Source of the DNA: an uncultured Verrucomicrobiae bacterium
GTDB taxonomy: Bacteria > Verrucomicrobiota > Verrucomicrobiia > Chthoniobacterales > UBA10450
Reading direction: 5' to 3'
Assembly (NCBI GenBank): GCA_963726745.1
Contig: CAVSDR010000004.1
Span: forward strand, 288,001-352,000
DNA length: 64,000 bases
Position numbers and translations under genes: made by a program. Positions 1 to 14,265 of this stretch are shown in pieces; the stretch's first letter is position 1; each line of letters begins with the position of its first letter. The notes beneath the pieces were generated by a model. It was not told where the DNA came from and ran no database searches. It was given only the letters and a program-made list of their open reading frames with translations.

Positions 1-2121
1 CGGGTCGGCCAGCGGCGCGGAAATTCCCGCGCCCGCGAGCGACGGCCCCAGCGCGCGCACCAGCAACCGCGCGCTTCCGTTTCCGCGCACGATGAATCCG
101 CCGATGAGAACCGCGTCGCCTTCACCGACAAACCCGCGCGCGCTCAGGTTTACGATCCGTGTCGCCGGGTCGCCATCGACGTCGAAAATCTCCAGCAAGC
201 CGACGCCCTGCCCGCCACCCATGATCGCGGTGTAGGCACCGGGCGCGAGCACTTGCCGCAGGGCCGCCTCGCGCTCATCCGCCGGCGTGAGCGTGCCTAA
301 CGAGTCCGGCGGGAGATCGCGCCAATCATCGTTTGCCGCGAAGACTGCGCCAGCCGCGTTGTGCAGCGCGATCGCAGGATTAGCCAGCACCTTGGCCAGG
401 CCGGCCACGCTGAGCGACGGCCCCAGGCCGCGCACGATGATGCTCTTCGCCCCCTCGCCCGCGATGATGAAACCGCCAATCGCCCCCTGCTCGCCTTCCC
501 CCACGCGCAAGCGCACGGAGATGTTCGCCAGCTCCGCGGTCGCCGCCGTCAGCGCCGCGAAAATAGGCAGCGCGATGGGCGCGAACCGGGTTACGCCATT
601 CGGGTCGCGCGGGAATTTCGCATACGGCAGCCGCAGATCCTCGAAAGAGAATTGATCCGCGCGGACTGCTTCCGGCGCCGGGAAAAGCGCCGCCCCGGAG
701 GCGCCCACGATATCGTCCTGGTCGACGCCGTCGCCGCTGATCCCGATCGCGCCGATGAGTTCGCCGTTGCGATAAAGCGGGAAGCCGCCAGGGAAAATCG
801 TGATCCCGTTCGGGAACGTCGTGCTCGGCGGGAAGAACGGAGGAGTCGTTAGGCTGGCTGTGGGCACGAGCGCAGGCAGGGAGGCGCGGACGAAACCGGA
901 AAGCTCTTCCTGCATCCCGAAGAACGGCCCCGGACCTTCCGGGTCGATCCCGGGCGGGTAGTGCAATTGCGCCAGAAACCCGACCGTGCGCGTGCTGTAA
1001 GCCGCGGGGTTGCGCGAGAAGCCAAGCGCGGTCCGCGCCTTTTGCACGGCGACGTCCCAGCTGAACATGGTCGCGTCGCCCGTGCGAAAAGTAGCCAGCA
1101 CTTTCGGCGGCACGCCAGGGATGCCTGGGTTGTTGACCACGCTGATGAAGGCTTCCATCCGCAGCCCGATGGGCAGCCGGATGGCCGCGCGCGTAGTCCG
1201 CACGCGGTCAGCCGCGGCCTCGATGATCGCGGCCACCTCGGCACTCGTTAGGCGCGGCTGGCCGTTGATCGTGCCCGGGAGCGGGTCGCCCATGATCGGC
1301 TGGCGGATTTGCCCGGTGACCCCGCCGAAGGTCGCGACCGGATAGGGAAAGGCGGGCGGCGACGCGAGCACCGGATAGCCGGCCGCGGCCTTGCCCGGCA
1401 CGCCCGCGCCGCTGGTCGCGCCGGTCGTGCTTTGCACATAAGGCAGCGAGATGCCGGCGATGAAAACATTGCTCGCGCGGATCGACTCCGGCGGCTCGAA
1501 ACCTTTTTGCCCTGCGAGCGCGATGTCTTCGTCTTTCGTGTAGCCGTCGATAAACGTGGTCGGCGGAAACTCCACGCCCGATCCGGTGACGCCGAGGCCG
1601 CCGACGAGCACGCCGTTTTTATAGAGCGGGACGCCGCCGGGGATGCCATTGAGCGAGGTGAGCGGAACGGCGGAGCCGAGCGTGCCGGGCGAGGCGCTGC
1701 CCGGCAGGAAGTCGGGCTTCTTGAAGCGGTTCACATCGGAGAACGGCAGGCTGGAAAAGCCGACGCCGACGAGCGGGCCGGGCGGCTGATTCCGCACCTG
1801 CGGAGGAAAATGCGGTTGGATGATGAAGCCCGCGGTGCGGCTGGTGAAGGCGTTCGAGTTGCTGCTTAAAAACGCAGCCGTGCCCGCTTTCCCGACCGCG
1901 CTGGCGATCTCGAGCGCGTCCGGCTCGCCGCCGCGCACGCTCCAGACGCCGAGGACGTAGCCTTCGCGATCGGTTACCGCGATCACGCTCTGCGGCGCGA
2001 GCTGGCCCGCGCGCCGTGCGGCTTGATCGATCGCGCGCTGCACGTCGCCCGTGGTCAGCTGCGCCCGCACCGGGCCCACGCCGAGGAGGCACGCGAAAAA
2101 AACCAGAAACCATGGCCGCAT
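1..2121 (-). CDS. Secreted tandem heme-binding (GlcG/HbpS-like) protein with C-terminal Verrucomicrobia-type tandem domains; 3' end runs off the window
   Basis: Not in the ORF track (no stop in window). Manual translation from ATG 2121 gives signal peptide MRPWFLVFFACLLGVGPVRA then QLTTGDVQRAIDQAA..VIAVTDREGYVLGVW. Later come PNGITIFPGGFPLYRNGELIGAIGISGDGVDQDD, LANISVRLRVGEGEQGAIGGFIIAGEGAKSIIVRGLGPSL and ..VRALGPSLAGAGISAPLADP at the window edge. Confidence 0.8.
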   Translation of the reverse strand, partial: MRPWFLVFFACLLGVGPVRAQLTTGDVQRAIDQAARRAGQLAPQSVIAVTDREGYVLGVWSVRGGEPDALEIASAVGKAGTAAFLSSNSNAFTSRTAGFIIQPHFPPQVRNQPPGPLVGVGFSSLPFSDVNRFKKPDFLPGSASPGTLGSAVPLTSLNGIPGGVPLYKNGVLVGGLGVTGSGVEFPPTTFIDGYTKDEDIALAGQKGFEPPESIRASNVFIAGISLPYVQSTTGATSGAGVPGKAAAGYPVLASPPAFPYPVATFGGVTGQIRQPIMGDPLPGTINGQPRLTSAEVAAIIEAAADRVRTTRAAIRLPIGLRMEAFISVVNNPGIPGVPPKVLATFRTGDATMFSWDVAVQKARTALGFSRNPAAYSTRTVGFLAQLHYPPGIDPEGPGPFFGMQEELSGFVRASLPALVPTASLTTPPFFPPSTTFPNGITIFPGGFPLYRNGELIGAIGISGDGVDQDDIVGASGAALFPAPEAVRADQFSFEDLRLPYAKFPRDPNGVTRFAPIALPIFAALTAATAELANISVRLRVGEGEQGAIGGFIIAGEGAKSIIVRGLGPSLSVAGLAKVLANPAIALHNAAGAVFAANDDWRDLPPDSLGTLTPADEREAALRQVLAPGAYTAIMGGGQGVGLLEIFDVDGDPATRIVNLSARGFVGEGDAVLIGGFIVRGNGSARLLVRALGPSLAGAGISAPLADP

Positions 2122-2210
2122 CTCCTGCTTTTTAAACGCGGGGCCGCGTCGACACCAGTCCGCGATGAGCTTGCAGATCGCGCCGCGCCTCGCGCATTCT
2201 CCCCGCCGGA

Positions 2211-4211
2211 ATGCGACGCCTCATCCTGCTGGCTATTTTCCTCGCCGGAGCCGCGCTCGCCTTCGCGCAGGACGAGCGCCCGCGCATCGCCTGGATGACC
2301 TCGGAGGAAAACGTCGAGCCGCTCGAGCCGCCCCTGCCGCCTAACGAGTTCAATCCCGATCCCGGCGGCCGCGAACCGGCCGAGCCGGTGCCGCCGCCCG
2401 ATCTCTTCCCGCCGATCCTCCCCCAGCTCCCCGATTACGGGACCGAGGACGTGCCGCGCTCGCTCGAGTTGCCGCGCCGCGGCGTGCGCGAAGTGGTGCC
2501 GCGCCGGCGGAAGCTGGAATACCCGGAGTATCCGGAGCCGGCCGATGGCCGTGGCCTGCCGCCGGGCGCGCAGGCGGTGCCGAACCGCTGGTTCATCGGC
2601 TTCGGCCGCTGGCAACGCTACGCCGATCCGACCGCGGAGACGCCTTACCAAGGCGGCCCGCTGCACCTGTGGCATCCCTACTTGCAGAGCCTGCTCAAGG
2701 GCGACGCGCCGGTGATCGGGCAGGATATTTTCCTCAACCTCACCGTGAGCGATTTCGCGCAATTCGAGGCGCGGCGGCTGCCGGTCCCGAGCGGGGTGAG
2801 CACAGTGCGGCCGAACAGCTCCGAGTTCTTCGGGCGGAGCGAACAGCTTTTTGCCTCCAACGATTTCCAGATCGGCATCGATCTTTTCCGCGGCGAGACC
2901 GCTTTCAAGCCGGTCGAGTGGGCCGTGCGCTTTCTCGGCGTCTACAACACGAACTATCTCGCGGTGCAGGAAGCGAACGTGCTCGATCCCGATCCGCGCG
3001 GGCCGGAGCGGCAGCGAACGGTGCGGCAGAAAGATTTCTTCGCGCTCCAGGAAGCGTTCGTCGAGCTGCACCTGCGCGACCTCTCGCAGAACTACGACTT
3101 CATCTCCTCGCGCCTGGGGATTCAGCCGTTCGTGAGCGATTTCCGAGGCTTTATCTTCAACGATTCCAACCTGGGCGTGCGCGTCTTCGGGAACTACGAC
3201 AACAATCGGCTGCAATATAACCTGGCCGCCTTCGACATGCGCGAGAAGGACACCTACTCGGACCTGAATGAGTTCGGCTCGCGCGAGCAGGTCGTGCTCG
3301 TGGCCAACATTTACCGGCAGGATTTCTTCGTGAAGGGCTACACCGCGCAGTTGAGTTTTCACGCCAACTTCGACCAGGCCAGCCGGCATTATGACGAGAA
3401 CGGTTTCCTCGTTAGACCGGCGCTCCTGGGCGACGTGCGCGATCACTATCTGCAGGCCTACTACCTCGGCTGGAGCGGCGACGGGCACATCGGCCGGCTG
3501 AACATTTCGCACGCGGCCTACCAGGTTTTCGGCGAGGACAGCCATAACGGGATCGCCGGGCGGCGGGTGGACATCTTCGCGCAGATGGCCGCGCTCGAGC
3601 TCTCGATCGACCAGGACTGGCTGCGCCATAAGCTCTCCTTCTTCTACGCCAGCGGCGACGACGATCCGAAGAACGGCCAGGCCTCCGGCTTCGATACCAT
3701 CCTCGACCGGCCGTTCTTCGTCGGCGGCCCGTTTAGCTACTACGTGCACCAGGGCTTCAACCTCGCCGGCACGGCGGTGAACTTTAAGCAGCGCGACAGC
3801 CTGGTGATCGATTTCCGCAGCAGCAAGACCGAGGGACAGGCGAACTTCGTCAATCCCGGCGCGGTCATCCTCGGTTACGGCGCCGACGCGGAGATCACGC
3901 CGAAGCTGCGCGCTTTCCTGAACGTGAACTACATCTGGATGGTCACGACCGAGCCCGTGCGGCAGGTGCTCTTCACGAACAACGCCAGCCACGAAGTCGG
4001 GCTCGATTGCTCGTTAGGCGTCCAATGGCGCCCGTTGCTCACGGACAACATCGTCGTCTCCGCCGGCGCCGGCTTCCTCGTCCCGGGCGCAGGCTACGAG
4101 GACATCTACCGCGCCAACACGCGCCCCGTGCCCGGCTTTCGGCAGGAGCACGTGGGAAAGGTGGACGACTTCTTGTTCAGCGGGATTCTGACGGTAACGC
4201 TGGTTTACTGA
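2211..4211 (+). CDS. Putative outer-membrane beta-barrel protein (porin/alginate-export-like)
   Basis: Signal peptide, Pro-rich N-terminus, alternating aromatic beta strands and C-terminal ..LTVTLVY (terminal aromatic typical of OM barrels). Stop overlaps the next start (TGATG). Confidence 0.7.
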   Translation: MRRLILLAIFLAGAALAFAQDERPRIAWMTSEENVEPLEPPLPPNEFNPDPGGREPAEPVPPPDLFPPILPQLPDYGTEDVPRSLELPRRGVREVVPRRRKLEYPEYPEPADGRGLPPGAQAVPNRWFIGFGRWQRYADPTAETPYQGGPLHLWHPYLQSLLKGDAPVIGQDIFLNLTVSDFAQFEARRLPVPSGVSTVRPNSSEFFGRSEQLFASNDFQIGIDLFRGETAFKPVEWAVRFLGVYNTNYLAVQEANVLDPDPRGPERQRTVRQKDFFALQEAFVELHLRDLSQNYDFISSRLGIQPFVSDFRGFIFNDSNLGVRVFGNYDNNRLQYNLAAFDMREKDTYSDLNEFGSREQVVLVANIYRQDFFVKGYTAQLSFHANFDQASRHYDENGFLVRPALLGDVRDHYLQAYYLGWSGDGHIGRLNISHAAYQVFGEDSHNGIAGRRVDIFAQMAALELSIDQDWLRHKLSFFYASGDDDPKNGQASGFDTILDRPFFVGGPFSYYVHQGFNLAGTAVNFKQRDSLVIDFRSSKTEGQANFVNPGAVILGYGADAEITPKLRAFLNVNYIWMVTTEPVRQVLFTNNASHEVGLDCSLGVQWRPLLTDNIVVSAGAGFLVPGAGYEDIYRANTRPVPGFRQEHVGKVDDFLFSGILTVTLVY

Positions 4212-7200
4212 TGAAGAAGCGGCTGGCTACTAATTCGCTTCGTCACGGGCATCCGAAGCGCGGCGGGAGACTTTGGATCACGGCAGCTTCCCTGCTCCTA
4301 GCGACCGCCACCGTCGCCAGCGCCCAGGATCTCCCGCCGACCTCCGTTTCGCCAGATGCCGACGTGACCCACCCGGCGCCGGCTCCGCGCCGCAACTGGA
4401 TCGACCAGACCCAAGCCCAAGCCGACGGCAAAAGCAGCGGCTGCCTCCAATGCCACGCGGGCGTGGAGCCGATGCACGCCTCGCCCGCGGTTGTGCTCGG
4501 CTGCGTCGATTGCCATGGCGGCAATCCCGCGCGTGGCCTGGCGAAAGAGCAGGCGCATGTCCTCCCGAAGAACGCCGAGTTTTGGAAGTCGTCGGCTAAT
4601 CCGCCGAACTCGCACGCCTGGTTGAACCACGAATCGCCCGAGTTCATCCGTTTCATCAATCCCGGCGACCTGCGTGTCGCCGACAAATCCTGCGGCCTGT
4701 GCCACGGCGAGATCATCCGCAACGTCCATCACAGCATGATGCGCCACGGCGCGATGCTTTGGGGCGCAGCGCTCTATAACAACGGCGGCTACAACCAAAA
4801 GAATTACCGCTTTGGCCAAGCCTACGGCGCGAGCGGGGTGCCGCTGCGCCTCGAGAGTTACGAGCCGGTCACGGCCAACGAAACGAGGACGCGCGGGCTG
4901 CTGCCGTTCCTCGATCCGCTCCCGCGCTTCAACCTGAGCAATCCCGGGAACATCCTGCGCATCTTCGAGAAGGGCGGCGAGAAGCCGCTCTCGTTAGGCA
5001 ACCCGACGATCAACGAGCCGCCCGGCCGGCCGGCGCGCCGCCTTTCCGAGCGCGGCCTCGGCACCTCGAACCGCACCGACCCGGTCTTCCTCGGCCTGCA
5101 GAAAACGCGGCTGCACGATCCGTTGCTCGACTTCCTCGGCTCGAACGATCACCCCGGCGATTACCGCTCGAGCGGCTGCTCCGCCTGCCACGTGGTCTAC
5201 GCGAACGATCGCTCACCGAGCAACTCCGGCTGGTGGAGCAAATATGGGCACCAAGGGCTGAGCTTCACCGCGGACAAAACGATCCCGAAGAACGAGCCGG
5301 GACACCCGGTGCTGCACCAATTCACCCGCTCGATCCCCTCGAGCCAGTGCATGAACTGCCACATGCACCAGGGCAACCTCTTCGTGAACCCGTTCCTCGG
5401 TTACACCTGGTGGGACCAGGAAACAGACGGCGAGTTCATGTATCCAAAGGAACAGCGGGACCCGACCGACGCAGAGCTCGCGCAGGCGGTGCAGAAGAAT
5501 CCCGAGGCCGCAGCGGCGCGCGGACTTTGGGGCGACCCGGATTTCGTGGCGAAAGTCGCGGAGTTAAATCCGCAACTGAAGCACACGCAATTTGCCGATT
5601 ACCATGGGCACGGCTGGGTCTTTCGCGCGGTCTTCAAGAAGGACCGGAAGGGCAACCTGCGGGATTTAGCCGACAACTTGATCGCGCACGACGACCCGGA
5701 AAAGTTCAAGAAGGCGGTGCACTTGAAGGATGTCCACCTCGCGAAAGGGATGCAGTGCGTCGACTGCCATTTCGACCTCGACGTGCACGGCAACGGCAAC
5801 CTCTACGGCGAGGCGCGCAACGCCACCAGCATCACCTGCGTGGATTGCCACGGGACGATCCGGCAACGGCCCACGCTGGTCACGAGCGGCAACGCGGGCG
5901 CGATCGACCTCGCCCAAACCAGCAACACGCCCTTCGGTCCGCGCTTCCGCTGGGAGGGGACGCGGCTCTGGCAGCAATCGACCATGTCGCCGGATGTCCG
6001 CTGGGAAATCCCGCAAACGATCGACACGGTTGATCCGCTCTCGGCGCACTACAACGCGAAGTCGGCCTATGCCAAGACGCTCCAGCGCGACGGCCAAAGC
6101 TGGGGCGGCAGCCGCGCGCGCGATGCGAACGGCGGCCCGCACCTGGCGCACGACAACGAGAAGATGGATTGCCAGATCTGCCACACCTCCTGGGCGACCA
6201 GTTGTTTTGGCTGCCACCTGCCGATGAAGGCAAACGTGCGCGCGGCGCAGAACAAGTTCGAAGGCGTGACCGACCGCAACTTCACCACCTACAACCCGCA
6301 GGTGGTGCGCGACGACGTCTTCATGCTCGGGATCGATGGGACGGTGAAGGGCAACCGGATGGCGGTGATCCGTTCCTCCAGCGCGGTCGTGGTCAGCTCG
6401 CAAAACGCCAACCGCGAGTGGGTCTACTCACAGGCGCAGACGATCTCGGCCGAGGGCTACAGCGGGCAGGCGTTCAACCCGCACTTCGCGCATACCACCA
6501 GCGGCGTCGGGACAACCAAAGGCTGCACCGATTGCCACCTCTCACAGGCGAACGACAACAACGCCTGGATGACGCAGCTCCTCGGGTTCGGCACCGGGCT
6601 GATGAACTTCTTCGGCCGCTACGCCTACGTCGGCGAAGGACCGGATGGCTTCCACGCGGTCGCCTGGACGGAAGCGGAGGAGCCGCAGGCGGCGCTCGGC
6701 AGCCACCTTCATCGTCTCGCCTACCCGGCCAATTTTAAGCAGCACCTTGAGCGCGGCGGAAGACTGGAAGAGGCGCACGAACATTCCGGGAAAAACATCC
6801 AGGACCTCGTGCTCCGCGGCGAATACCTCTACACCGCAAACGGGCCCGGCGGGCTGGAGGTGTTCGACGTGGCGAACATCGACCAGAAAGGTTTCTCCGA
6901 GCGGATCGTGACCTCGCCGGTTTCGCCGCTCGGGCAACGGACTTACGTGCCCACGAAGTTCGCCACCAGCGTGGCGCTGCCGGCGACCGTGGCGCTCGAT
7001 CCCGCGCGGGTCCGCCGGCCCGAAAACGAAGAGCAACCGATCGACCCATTCTACGGCTACGTCTTTGTCTCCGATCTCGAGGAAGGCCTGGTGATCGTGA
7101 ACGTGGCGTCGCTGGTCGATGGCGATCCGAACAATAATTTCCTGAAGAAGGATGCGGTCTTCAATCCCGACGGCCTTCTCGCGCGGCGCCAGCTTCGTGG

Positions 7201-8039
7201 CCGCGGCCGGCCATCGTCTTTACCTGACCACGCCGCGCGGACTCTTCGTGGTCAACGTGGCCGACCCGCTCCATCCGCGCCTGGAGGGAAGCCTCACGAA
7301 CGGTTTCCTGCGCAATCCACGCTGCGTTTCCATCCAGTTCCGCTACGCCTTCGTGACCGACGACGAAGGCCTGAAAGTGCTGGATATTTCCGAACCGGCG
7401 CGACCGGTGCCGGTGCGTGGCGGCGTGGTGCGCTTGAAGCAAGCCGGCCGGCTCTACGTCGCGCGCACGTATGCCTACGTGGCCAATGGCGCGGAGGGCC
7501 TTGCGATTGTCGACGTCGAGAACCCGGAGCAACCGCGGCTGGAGCAGATGTTCAATGCCGGCGGCGCGCTTAATGACACGCGCGCGGTGCAGGTAGGCGC
7601 AGTGAGCGCGTCGATGTTCGCGCTGGTCGCCGATGGGAAGAACGGCCTGCGGGTGGTGCAGTTGATCTCGCCGGATACGGTCCCGGGCGCGCAAGGTTTC
7701 AGTCCGCGCCCGAACCCCAAGTTGATCGCCACCTTTCCCACGCACGGCGAAGCGATCGCCGTCTCGCGCGGGCTCGATCGCGACCGGGTGGTCGACGAGA
7801 CCGGCGGGCAGACGGTGGTCTTCGGCCGGCGCGGCGCGCGGCCTTTCCATCTCAGCGAGCTCTCGCGTTTTTTCCGCAAGAGCGATGGGAGCGGCGCACT
7901 TTTCCGGGTGGAAGACGTCGAGGCGCGCGAGGGAAAACTACGCACGCGCAGCGGTGTTTTGCTCGCCCCCCTGCCGACTCCCACGCCCTCACCCACTCCG
8001 CCGCCAGTGGAGCCGACGCCTTTGCCGGATTTGCGGTAG
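4211..8039 (+). CDS. Multiheme (10x CxxCH) c-type cytochrome with C-terminal LVIVD repeats; +1 frameshift near 7181-7184
   Basis: Heme motifs CLQCH, CVDCH, CGLCH, CSACH, CMNCH, CVDCH, CVDCH, CQICH, CFGCH, CTDCH. LVIVD-type repeats YLYTANGPGGLEVFDV, YAFVTDDEGLKVLDIS and YAYVANGAEGLAIVDV continue in ORF 7152..8039. Confidence 0.85.
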
Positions 8040-8075
8040 GCGTAAAGGGCGGGGCGCGCCCGAATCCATTGCGAG

Positions 8076-9210
8076 ATGGAACCGACTCCTGCCGACGAAG
8101 CACCGCCAGCCGCCGCATCCGAGGAGATGATCGCCGTGCCGCGGAGGCGCATGCCGGACCTGCTCCAGCGGCCCTTCGACATCCGGTCGTTCGCGCTCAG
8201 CGGGCTGTTTATTCTCGCGCTCTTTTACACCTTCTACTTCACCCGCGCGCTGCTCCTCCCGATCGTGCTCGCCTTGCTCCTGAGTTTCTCTGCTCGCGCC
8301 TTTCGTACGCGGCCTGGCCAAGGTGCGCATCCCGGCGCCGGTCAGCGCAGTAGTGCTCCTGGTCGCGATTATCGGCACGCTCGGCTACGGGGTTTCCTTC
8401 CTTGCGGCGCCCGCGGCTGGCTGGCTGGAGAATGCGCCCTACGGGATGCAGCAACTGCAGCAGCGCCTGGTGCCGTTGCGCAAACCGATGGAGAAAGTCG
8501 CCCAGGCCAGCGGGGAGATCGAAAACCTGACTGCGCCCACAGCCAAGCAGCCGGTCCCGACGGTGGAGGTGAAACAGCATCACATGAGCGAGATGATCCT
8601 CGGCCGGACGCCGGAGTTTATCGCCAGTGTGGTCTTGCTCCTGATCCTGCTCTACTTCCTCCTGGCTTACGACGGCGTCTTTCTCGGCAAGGTGATCAAA
8701 ATGATGCCGCGCCTGAAGGACAAGAAGCGCGCGGTCTCGATCGCGCATGACATCGAGCGCCACGTCTCGCGCTATCTGCTCACGGTCACCTTGATTAACG
8801 TCTCGTTAGGAGCGGCGGTCGGCTTGAGCGTGGGCCTGCTGGGTTTGAAGAACCCGGTGATGTGGGGAGTGCTCGTGGCGGTGTTAAACTTCGTGCCCTA
8901 CCTCGGCCCGCTCGTGGGCATTGCTTGCATGACCATTGGCGCGGTCCTGAGTTATCCCAGCCTCGGCTACGCCATGATCTTTCCCGGGATTTACCTCGCG
9001 ATTGCCACGATCGAGGGGAACTTCATCACCCCAATGGTCATGGGCCGGTCGCTGACGCTCAATCCCGTGCTCATCCTGCTCTCGATCACCTTCTGGGGGT
9101 GGCTCTGGGGAATCGTCGGGATCATCGTCGCGGTGCCGATCCTGGCCTCGTTTAAGATCTTCTGTGAGCACATCGAACCGATGGAGCCGATCGCGGAATT
9201 TCTCAGTTGA
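8076..9210 (+). CDS. AI-2E family (PerM/YhhT-like) transporter; +1 frameshift near 8289
   Basis: Hydrophobic helices, LNFVPYLGP, EGNFITPMVMGRSLTLNP and FWGWLWGIVG motifs; ORFs 8076 and 8323 join into one protein. Confidence 0.85.
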
Positions 9211-9254
9211 GCTCGTGGCCTTGCCTGCGGCAGGCAATTTGCTGAAGGTGAAGC

Positions 9255-9488
9255 ATGGCCGATAGAAACAGCAAACAGCCCGAAAATGTCCCGGGGCCCT
9301 GGTATGTCGATACCACTTGCTCGCCTTGCCGTGTCTGCCTGGACGAGGCGCCGACTCTCCTGAAGTACAACGACGACGAGACCTACGTTTACTTCCACAA
9401 GCAGCCCGAAGGCGATGAAGAGACCCAGGCGGCCCAACGCGCGCTCGAAGTTTGCCCCACGCTCGCGATCGGGAACGATGGGGAATAA
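9255..9488 (+). CDS. Small single-cluster ferredoxin
   Basis: YVDTTCSPCRVC...CPTLAI cysteine pattern, 77 aa. Confidence 0.8.
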   Translation: MADRNSKQPENVPGPWYVDTTCSPCRVCLDEAPTLLKYNDDETYVYFHKQPEGDEETQAAQRALEVCPTLAIGNDGE

Positions 9489-9495
9489 CCGGCAG

Positions 9496-10032
9496 CTACC
9501 TGGCGGTCAAGACGTGCTCCGCATAGCGCGCCAGGAGCCAGCAGAGATCGGAAAGCCGATTCAGGTAGCGGAGGACTTCCCCGTTCGTCATCTCGCCGCC
9601 TAACGAGGCCACGCGCCGCTCGGCCCGCCGGCAGGTGGTGCGGCAGACGTCGAGGGTCGCGGAAACCATGGTGTTTCCGGGAATGGCCCAGCCCTTGTAA
9701 TGGAGCAGCTTGTCCTTCTCCAAGTCGTCGACTAATTCCGTGAGCCGGTCGACCATCGCCGTGGTCGTTAGGGAATAGCCATCGCCTTGGTAGCGGGCGA
9801 GGTCCTCGGGCGCGGTCGCGAGCTCGCCCATGACCGTGATCAGTTCCTTTTGGATCGCGAGCAGCGTCTCGGCGATGAAGCCGACACCAGCGGTGACGCG
9901 CGCTACGCCGAGCGCAGCATTGAGTTCATCTACCGAACCGTAAGCCTCGACCCGCGGGTGGCTCTTCGGCACCCGGCGGCCATACATCAACGCGGTCTCG
10001 CCGGCGTCGCCGGTCTTGGTGGCAATAGACAT
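9496..10032 (-). CDS. PduO-type cob(I)alamin adenosyltransferase
   Basis: IATKTGDAGET, RVEAYGSVDELN, CRRAERR and YLNRLSD motifs. Confidence 0.9.
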   Translation of the reverse strand: MSIATKTGDAGETALMYGRRVPKSHPRVEAYGSVDELNAALGVARVTAGVGFIAETLLAIQKELITVMGELATAPEDLARYQGDGYSLTTTAMVDRLTELVDDLEKDKLLHYKGWAIPGNTMVSATLDVCRTTCRRAERRVASLGGEMTNGEVLRYLNRLSDLCWLLARYAEHVLTAR

Positions 10033-10046
10033 CAATCTCTCCCGGA

Positions 10047-10089
10047 GAAAACACGAACGCCGGACTTCCTTGCGGGAGCCCGGCGTTCG
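10047..10089 (-). terminator. Intrinsic terminator after rpoC
   Basis: CGAACGCCGG..CCGGCGTTCG stem followed by TGTTTT on the minus strand. Confidence 0.7.
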
Positions 10090-10116
10090 GTTGTTACAAG
10101 TCTTCTAAGCCTCTCG

Positions 10117-14241
<4,125 letters not shown>

Positions 14242-14265
14242 TTAGATAATCTTTCGTTCCGAAAC

